From contig JAFGIO010000080.1 of assembly GCA_016929555.1 (NCBI GenBank), positions 1-62,370 of the forward strand: 62,370 nt of DNA. Reading direction: 5' to 3'. This DNA is from Deltaproteobacteria bacterium. Its GTDB lineage: Bacteria; Desulfobacterota; Syntrophia; Syntrophales; JAFGIO01. Position 1 is the stretch's first letter, and every line of letters starts with the position of its first letter. The translations under genes and the position numbers were made by a program. Below the pieces are notes generated by a model, which worked only from the letters and a program-made list of their open reading frames with translations, did no database searches and was not told where the DNA came from. Positions 48,306-54,934 of the stretch are shown piece by piece.

Positions 48306-49802
48306 ATGTTGCGCACCAGAGAGAAATACCACGAGGATTTGTTCGCGATGAAGCCAAACGTTTATATAGGCGGCAAACGGGTGGGGAGGGACGACCACCG
48401 CTTGAGGCCGGGGATAAATGTTCTGGATCTAACCTTTGATCTGGCCCAGGACCCCAAGTGGAAGGGACTTGCCACTGCCGTTTCGCCCTTGACCGGCGGA
48501 GAGATAAACCGCTGGGCCCACCTTCCCCAGAACTCCCGCGATCTGTTGCAGAAGCAGAAACTCATACGTCTCGCCGCTCGCAGGGTCGGCGGGTGTATCC
48601 AGAGATGCATGGGGCACGACGCCGTGAATGCTCTTGCCGTCTATACCAGAGAAGTGGACGAGAAGAAGGGAACCAGCTATCACCAGCGCTTCCTAGACTG
48701 GCTGCGCGACTACCAAGAACGAGACCTGGATGGATGCTGCGCGCAGACCGACAGCAAGGGCGACAGGATGAAGCGGCCCAGTGAGCAACCGGACCCTGAT
48801 GCCTATGTTCACATCGTGGAGGAGCGCAAGGACGGCATTGTGGTGAGCGGGTTCAAGATGTCCATAACTCAGGTGGCCTATGCTGATGAGATCATTGTCA
48901 TTCCAACGCGTGCCCTTACCGCCGAAGATCGCGATTTCGCCGTTGCCTTCTCACTCCCCGGAGACTGGGAGGGTATCAGCCTTGTGACCCGACCGGTTTG
49001 GCTGCGTGATAAGGACAACCCCGATGCGTCTCCGTTTTGCAGGTACGGTGTGTCCGACTCCGTAGTGGTTTTCGACAACGTTTTCGTTCCGAAAGAGCGG
49101 GTCTTCATGTGCGGGGAGTGGGAGTTCGGGAGGCGACTGGCGCTGCTCTTTGCCGATTCCCACCGTCACAGCTACAGCGGATGCAAACCGGGCGTGTCGG
49201 ACATCTTATGCGGCACCACGGCCCTGGCCGCGGAGGCGAACAACATTCACAAGGTAGCACACGTGCGCGAGAAGCTGTCGCAATATGCGGGGGCGGCAGA
49301 ACTCGCCTATGCTGCCGGCGTGGCAGCAGCAGTCTTCGGCGAGAAGACCTCTAGCGGGGTCTTCTTTCCCAACACCATTTACGCCAATGTCGGACGCAGG
49401 ATGACCGGGGAACTTATCTATCATGAGTACAACCTGCTGACAGAGATAGCCGGCGGCATAGCGGTCACCTTGCCCTTCGAGGAGGATTTTCACGCCGATA
49501 AAACCAGGGACTTGCTGAAACGGTTCATTGTGAGGAACTCCAATATATCCGCCGATGATTCCCTCAAGATATGGAAGTTGGTGGAAAACGTCGGTGCTTC
49601 ACCCATGGCGGCTTGGTACGAGATTGCGGGGGTCCACGGCGGAGGCTCGCCAATCATGGAGACCATTGCCCTAAACTTGGAGTACGACTTTGAATCCAAG
49701 AAGAGCCTCGCACGCTACCTCGCGGGCATCAACCCCGACTATGACGATTTGAAGGATATTGGGAGCGAGCCCGTCTTTTCGGGTGACCTGCTCGGGGGAT
49801 AG
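48306..49802 (+). CDS. abfD: 4-hydroxybutyryl-CoA dehydratase / vinylacetyl-CoA isomerase family (4-HPA hydroxylase fold)
   Basis: C-x3-C (GGCIQRC) plus H-x6-C (HRHSYSGC). This matches the [4Fe-4S] ligand pattern I recall for AbfD. 498 aa. Confidence 0.88.
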   Translation: MLRTREKYHEDLFAMKPNVYIGGKRVGRDDHRLRPGINVLDLTFDLAQDPKWKGLATAVSPLTGGEINRWAHLPQNSRDLLQKQKLIRLAARRVGGCIQRCMGHDAVNALAVYTREVDEKKGTSYHQRFLDWLRDYQERDLDGCCAQTDSKGDRMKRPSEQPDPDAYVHIVEERKDGIVVSGFKMSITQVAYADEIIVIPTRALTAEDRDFAVAFSLPGDWEGISLVTRPVWLRDKDNPDASPFCRYGVSDSVVVFDNVFVPKERVFMCGEWEFGRRLALLFADSHRHSYSGCKPGVSDILCGTTALAAEANNIHKVAHVREKLSQYAGAAELAYAAGVAAAVFGEKTSSGVFFPNTIYANVGRRMTGELIYHEYNLLTEIAGGIAVTLPFEEDFHADKTRDLLKRFIVRNSNISADDSLKIWKLVENVGASPMAAWYEIAGVHGGGSPIMETIALNLEYDFESKKSLARYLAGINPDYDDLKDIGSEPVFSGDLLGG

Positions 49803-49923
49803 GGCTGCGAAGACCGATCGAAAGCCGAACCAAAAAAAACAATGCCGAACCTTTATCCGTACATTTTCCGGTACGGATTCCTATCATAAGTTGTTAAAGC
49901 GAAAGTCTTCTTCAGGAAGGGAG

Positions 49924-50697
49924 ATGGATATGAACTACGAAACCATACTGGTGGAAAAAAAGGACGGTATCGCCGTTATCACGTTGAACCGTCCCGAAAA
50001 GCTGAACGCCGTAAACGGAAAAATGCGCCAGGAAGTGGTGGAGGTACTGGACGATCTCGAAAGAGACGATGCCATACGGGTGGTCATTTTTACCGGAGCA
50101 GGCAGGGGATTCTGTGCCGGTGCCGATATCAGTGAATTCGCCGAGAGTGACAAGGACGCATCGGTTCAAGGCAAAATCAACAAGGGCATGCTGATGATGG
50201 CCCGCCATATCTACGACTTTGAAAAACCGGTTATCGGGGCCATCAATGGCGTATCCGCCGGTGACGGCTCCCAGTGGGCCTTGGCTTTCGATCTCAACAT
50301 TGCCTCGGAAAAAGCTCGATTCGGATGGCCCGCCACAGCCCTGGGTATATTGTGACCGTACGGCATCATCCGACTTCCGGTGGAAGTCGGCCGTTTTCGC
50401 GCCAAGGAAGTGCTCATGACCCGAAGATTTCTCTCCGCTCAGGAGGCGTACGAGTGGGGCATCGTGACCAAGGTGGTTTCTCATGAAATGCTTATGGATG
50501 CGGCCTTTGCGTTGGCGGAGGAGATCAAGAAGATGCCGCCTCTGTCGGTAAAAGCGGTCAAACAGGCGGTTAACATGGGAATGGCTGGATATGAGTATGC
50601 CCAGCAGGTTCTCGGCAATCTGCAAAAATCGCAGGATGCAAAAGAAGGGGCCCGGGCGTTTTTGGAAAAGCGAGAGCCGCGTTTTGAGGGCCGTTAG
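49924..50697 (+). CDS. enoyl-CoA hydratase/isomerase (crotonase) family, reading frame interrupted by one in-frame TGA at 50353-50355
   Basis: ORFs 49759-50355 and 50380-50697 are in the same frame. Joined, they give a 257-codon crotonase: VITLNRPEKLNA, FTGAGRGFCAGADI, then FGWPATALGIL-TGA-PYGIIRLPVEVG. It is either a nonsense pseudogene or a recoded gene. Confidence 0.75.
50370..50390 (+). other. perfect 9-bp hairpin with GGT loop, 14 nt downstream of the in-frame TGA (SECIS-like candidate)
   Basis: CCGACTTCC (50370-78), GGT (50379-81), GGAAGTCGG (50382-90). Confidence 0.4.
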
Positions 50698-51128
50698 CCT
50701 TCAGGGTTCCCTTTGCGTTCATAGCTGGGACAGGTGGCTTTGTCCACGACATAGGGCTTTATGTCCAAAATAGGGGTGCCATCGATCATGTCAAGCCCCT
50801 TGACGTGCAGGGTGCCGCCTTCGATGTCAAGGACTTCAAGCACGGACATGCCGATTGGATTGGGGCGATAAGGGGAGCAGATGCTGAAAACCCCCATTGC
50901 CCTGTCTTGATGAGGCGGCCACTGGGTTAAAAGATCCGGGTGAAATTTTGGACTTCGGTGAAAAAGAAAAATAACGACGATTCGCTGCCCTACAGTGATG
51001 TCTTTGAGCCCTCTGGCATATCTTTCATCGATCGCCAGGTCTCCTTCGAGATCTGAAACGCTCCAGTGGCGTGGTACCTTTTGCGAATCGGTGCGCACAA
51101 AACCAATGGGATCCAGTTCTATATTCAT
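50694..51128 (-). CDS. trmO: tRNA (m6t6A37) methyltransferase TrmO/TsaA (YaeB/UPF0066 family)
   Basis: PIGFVRT, RPNPIG and GTPILDIKPY motifs. Its 3' end overlaps the convergent crotonase stop by 4 nt. Confidence 0.87.
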   Translation of the reverse strand: MNIELDPIGFVRTDSQKVPRHWSVSDLEGDLAIDERYARGLKDITVGQRIVVIFLFHRSPKFHPDLLTQWPPHQDRAMGVFSICSPYRPNPIGMSVLEVLDIEGGTLHVKGLDMIDGTPILDIKPYVVDKATCPSYERKGNPEG

Positions 51129-51253
51129 ATAGCCGTTTTCGCCGCGAGGATGGATTCAAACCGAAGACGGCAGTCTGCCGTTCGTACATTCACAGGGGAT
51201 TCGGTTGTCCACGGTATACGATAACCGTTCCATTTCCCGGTCCTTCGGTACAT
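51125..51253 (-). CDS. candidate 42-aa basic small protein, translationally coupled to trmO
   Basis: ATG at 51253, 6 nt after AGGAGG. The stop overlaps the trmO ATG as ATGA. No homology was recognised. Confidence 0.3.
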   Translation of the reverse strand: MYRRTGKWNGYRIPWTTESPVNVRTADCRLRFESILAAKTAI

Positions 51254-51263
51254 GATGGTCCTC

Positions 51264-52898
51264 CTATCTGCCGAAGGGGCACAGGGGAAAGGTGCAAGTC
51301 GGACATTCCAGACAGAAAGCACCGCTACTCATGCGTGCAAGATCATATCGGGATATGGAGAGACCGGCCAGAAGACGGGGAATGAGCAAATCGAAACTCG
51401 TCGTTTCGAAATACAATGCACCGGCGGGAACTCCAATGACCTGAAGGTCACCGATGCGGGCGAGGAGCGTCATCGCCCCCGGCAATATGGGGGCACCGTA
51501 AAGCATGTCCGTCGCTCCCGCGTCTTCAAGTCCTGTGCGGGTGACATCATCCGGATCGACGGAAAGCCCCCCAGTCGTGACGAGGAGATCGATCTTCTCC
51601 TCGATCAGTTCCCCGATCGCTCCGGCAATGGCTTGGCGATCATCGGGGACGACTCGGGAGTGAAAGTCGTGGGATCCCAATCGCTCCAGTTTGCTTCTGA
51701 TCAGGGGAATGAAGCCGTCTTCCACCAATCCTTCGTACACCTCCGTTCCCGTAACGAGAATACCTACCCGTGCCTGACGGAGGGGAAGAACGGTAAACAA
51801 AGGGTTCCCGTTGAGTACCGCCAAAGCCCTGTTGAGATTCAGACGGGAAAGATAGAGGGGAACGGCCCGCGTTCCACCGATTTTATCGTTCGCGGCAACG
51901 AGGGAATAGCTTTGCCGGCTTGCACACATCACATCGGGGATGCAGTTGAAATCGATCAGGCGGTCTTCATCAACTATGAGAAGACCGTCGCGCGCCGCCG
52001 TGAACGTGACCTTTCCTTCCATCGGCTTTTCCGTGAAGGCGATCCCGTCGCCTGCCATGATCCCGCCGAGCCTAAATGCCGCTTCGTCTTCATGAACCCA
52101 CCCGTTTTCGGTTGAATCGACTCCTTTGACGTAAACGGTTTTCTTTCCCATTGCCAGAAGAAGATCAACGTCCGCCTTTTTTACCACTTGGCCTTTCTTG
52201 AATGCAGGGCCCTTCTCGCTTTTAGGAAGGATACGCGTCATATCGTGGAGAAGGGAATGCCCGACGGCGTCCTGAACGGACAAGGCCACCAGTTCCGGTT
52301 TTTTGTCGAACGAATCGCTTTGGAGAGGGGCAACTTCCCTATAGAGATTTGCACCGCCGCAACCACGGCAGATCCCACCGTCCATAGAAGGATAGGCTTC
52401 GCCGCACTGGGGGCAGATGGCGATGCTACCCTTCGACCGTTTTTTCAAAAAGCGGGTCTGCACGCGGAGATTCTGTATTTTGCAAAGTCTTGCGCCGGCC
52501 TCCCTGATCTGGTCGTAAAGGGCATTGGAATCCTGTTCCTTCTTCGGCTTCAGCTTGAAAAACCATTCCCTGATCGCGGGCCAAGGATCGACGGTCGACG
52601 GATGGAGATAGACACGAACGCCCTTTCCCTCGTTCTTTTCATAGAGCGTCACGGCGTATCGACCGACATTTTCGATCCGAAGCCACCCATTTCCCACCGT
52701 GCAGGGTGTGAGGAGCTGTACGGCATCTGGGAGACAGCTTTCCGTTTCACAGATGACATCGAAGAATTCACCGGAAGGTCTGTTGTTCAGCGCCGTATCA
52801 ACCATGATCCCGCCGATGATCATGCCCGGCGCGACGTGGCCGTGGAATTTCTTCACCAGATGAATGTATTCGTCGAAGGAATAGGGACCGATGTTCAT
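51264..52898 (-). CDS. FmdE-domain protein fused to a zinc ribbon and a molybdopterin-binding (MoCF_biosynth/MogA-like) domain
   Basis: FmdE motif FHGHVAPGMIIGG, zinc ribbon CPQCG...CRGCGG, and C-terminal LLVTTGGLSVDPDD. I chose the internal ATG at 52898. Confidence 0.8.
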   Translation of the reverse strand: MNIGPYSFDEYIHLVKKFHGHVAPGMIIGGIMVDTALNNRPSGEFFDVICETESCLPDAVQLLTPCTVGNGWLRIENVGRYAVTLYEKNEGKGVRVYLHPSTVDPWPAIREWFFKLKPKKEQDSNALYDQIREAGARLCKIQNLRVQTRFLKKRSKGSIAICPQCGEAYPSMDGGICRGCGGANLYREVAPLQSDSFDKKPELVALSVQDAVGHSLLHDMTRILPKSEKGPAFKKGQVVKKADVDLLLAMGKKTVYVKGVDSTENGWVHEDEAAFRLGGIMAGDGIAFTEKPMEGKVTFTAARDGLLIVDEDRLIDFNCIPDVMCASRQSYSLVAANDKIGGTRAVPLYLSRLNLNRALAVLNGNPLFTVLPLRQARVGILVTGTEVYEGLVEDGFIPLIRSKLERLGSHDFHSRVVPDDRQAIAGAIGELIEEKIDLLVTTGGLSVDPDDVTRTGLEDAGATDMLYGAPILPGAMTLLARIGDLQVIGVPAGALYFETTSFDLLIPRLLAGLSISRYDLARMSSGAFCLECPTCTFPLCPFGR

Positions 52899-53083
52899 GA
52901 ACGCATTGCCTCCGGGAAATCGTGCGATAAGGAATAGCGGCAGCAACAATAATTCATAATGAACGCCGATGCAAGAGGGATCACAAGAAAATATCACCTA
53001 TAAAATTATGCGATCAACCTCTTCCATGGAATTCCGAGTTTGCTCCCCGACGACAACCTTGCAATTAAGCGCCATGATGTATC

Positions 53084-53512
53084 TTATCCCCATCGACCCT
53101 TTCCACGACCCATGCTTCTGCCACAACGCCTTCCACGTCCATAACCCCTGCCGCGGCCAGGGTTTGCGCGTCTTCCAAATAAATCCAAAATCTGTAGCAG
53201 CAGGCGATCCCTGCTGGCCCATTGCAAGCCCCGTGGTTCCCAAGAAGGACGGGTGGACGGCGGTATTGCCGCTTTTCGCATCGAGGGGACGCGAGCGGCG
53301 GGAAAAGCGGGCGCATTCTGAAGAGATGGTGGGGATTTTGTCTTTGCCATGAAGATGGCATCCTTGGGGCATTCGTCGATGCATGAGCCGCAATCGATGC
53401 AAATTGCCTTATCCACTTTGGCTACCTTGTTGACGGTTATGGCGTCCACGGGACATACTTGGACACATCTTTCACAACCGGTACACTTTCTTTCGTCGAT
53501 TATAACGGCCAT
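53084..53512 (-). CDS. 2x[4Fe-4S] ferredoxin with Pro/Ser linker and Arg/Gly-rich C-terminal tail
   Basis: CTGCERCVQVCP and CIDCGSCIDECP. The tail is GRGRGYGRGRRCGRSMGRGKGRWG. Two other frames are also open across the tail region, so the tail frame is less certain than the ferredoxin domain. Confidence 0.68.
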   Translation of the reverse strand: MAVIIDERKCTGCERCVQVCPVDAITVNKVAKVDKAICIDCGSCIDECPKDAIFMAKTKSPPSLQNAPAFPAARVPSMRKAAIPPSTRPSWEPRGLQWASRDRLLLQILDLFGRRANPGRGRGYGRGRRCGRSMGRGKGRWG

Positions 53513-53614
53513 TATCCTTGATCTTATTCGTTTATTATTCCTATTCAAGATTCGAACTATCCGGGAGAAAGGGACCCGAATATCGATTCCAACATTCTTT
53601 TCGGATTTTCTTGA

Positions 53615-54217
53615 TCAATCATCTTTCTTTGCCGTAAATAGCAAGGGGAAAACGATGTCGCTTGTACAGCAGGGAATCCAGACCGACAGAAATAAGAATA
53701 ATGCAACCCCCGAGACCATGAAAAAGCCAAAGCCCGTTCCCAAGGCTAAGATCATGTGAAATAAGGATGCCCAGGTGCTTAGCAGCACATGCCCGGCGTG
53801 GGGGAATTTCGTCGTCGGCCGCCAGAAGGCGAAAGCAATTCCGGCGAATGACAGTGGATTGACAAGCCACCACTTCTCAATGAAGCCCAGATGAAGACCC
53901 CTATTGGGCATGTTCAAGAGGATTTCTCCGAGATAAGGGATGATGCAATCGCTTAAACTGCCGATGCCAATAGATCCGAAGTACCCAATCGCAAGCGTCG
54001 TCAAAATCTTGCCTTGACCGTGAAGACGGTACATTCCCGCCGTCACCAAGGCACTGAGAAACACGTGTGCGGGATGTAGAATCCAAAACAGAGTTTCGAA
54101 AAAAGATCTTGATAATTGAATGCTCAGGGAAATCCACATGATGAAGATTCCCGTGATCGTTCCAAATAAAGTAAAGGGCGCGTGAGATTTGAGCTCATAG
54201 GATATAATTTTGAACAT
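53615..54217 (-). CDS. six-TM membrane protein with paired His motifs (HPAH, HAGH), unknown function
   Basis: 200 aa, hydrophobic throughout, with a GAAGGA RBS-like sequence 4 nt upstream. Confidence 0.7.
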   Translation of the reverse strand: MFKIISYELKSHAPFTLFGTITGIFIMWISLSIQLSRSFFETLFWILHPAHVFLSALVTAGMYRLHGQGKILTTLAIGYFGSIGIGSLSDCIIPYLGEILLNMPNRGLHLGFIEKWWLVNPLSFAGIAFAFWRPTTKFPHAGHVLLSTWASLFHMILALGTGFGFFMVSGVALFLFLSVWIPCCTSDIVFPLLFTAKKDD

Positions 54218-54291
54218 GGTGTCCTTCAGGTCCGACCGTCGGAAAAATTCGTAAAATATCTTCGCTCATCGGATTGTTGCAACTGGCGCAG

Positions 54292-54930
54292 TTACTTTTC
54301 TTCTCCTTCCAGTTTCTTCAGTCGCTCCGTGATCTGTTCCATCTGTTTCTTCAAGGTCTCGGCCTGTTCTCTCAGTGCAGCAACTTCAGCCTTTTTATCG
54401 GTGGGTTCCGGAGAAGGGCCAAAGGCTTTATCGGTTGCCTGAGCATTTCCGACACCTTGGCCCATAGACATAACGCGACCGGCTCCGCCTCCCATTCCTC
54501 TACCACCGCCCATACCCATTCCGCGTCCCATACCCATACCACGACCCATGCCTCTGCCGCCGCCCATGCCCGTTCCAAAGTGACTCTGGACATTGGGTCC
54601 GGAGGCGCCGGCAATTGAGCCGGATTTGAACATTTGAACCGCATCCCGTGCCGGCCCCGCGACACCGGTGACAACCTGAATTCCAGCAGCACCGAAGATC
54701 TGAAAGGCGTTTGGGCCGCAATTACCTGTCAGAACGACAGAAACGCCCTTATCTGCCATCAGTTGGGCGGATTGAATGCCGGCGCCGCCACCCACGGCTA
54801 TGTTGGGATTTTGAATCGGTTCGAAATCCAAGGTATCCGGGTCGATGATCAAAAAGTAAGCACATCGACCGAAGCGGGGATCGACCGGATCATCAAGCGT
54901 CGGTCCGCTGGAAGTAACGGCGATTTTCAT
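54292..54930 (-). CDS. NifX/NifB-C-like (dinitrogenase Fe-Mo cofactor biosynthesis domain) protein with Met/Gly/Arg repeat and coiled-coil C-terminus
   Basis: N-terminal MKIAVTS....DPRFGRC..F.I.D...........GGGAGIQ.AQLL...GV..V, typical of PF02579-type domains. It is followed by GMGGGRGMGRGMGMGRGMGMGGGRGMGGG and then EVAALREQAETLKKQMEQITERLKKLE. RBS GGAAGGAG. Confidence 0.85.
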   Translation of the reverse strand: MKIAVTSSGPTLDDPVDPRFGRCAYFLIIDPDTLDFEPIQNPNIAVGGGAGIQSAQLMADKGVSVVLTGNCGPNAFQIFGAAGIQVVTGVAGPARDAVQMFKSGSIAGASGPNVQSHFGTGMGGGRGMGRGMGMGRGMGMGGGRGMGGGAGRVMSMGQGVGNAQATDKAFGPSPEPTDKKAEVAALREQAETLKKQMEQITERLKKLEGEEK

Positions 54931-54934
54931 AGTG

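Noticed and set aside
54480-54570. Short-period nucleotide repeats here and at 57460-57545, considered as a CRISPR array or VNTR.
   Set aside because: The periodicity (about 12-18 nt) is the in-frame coding of Gly-Arg-Gly-Met/Phe repeats inside well-supported ORFs. There is no spacer-repeat architecture and no cas genes.
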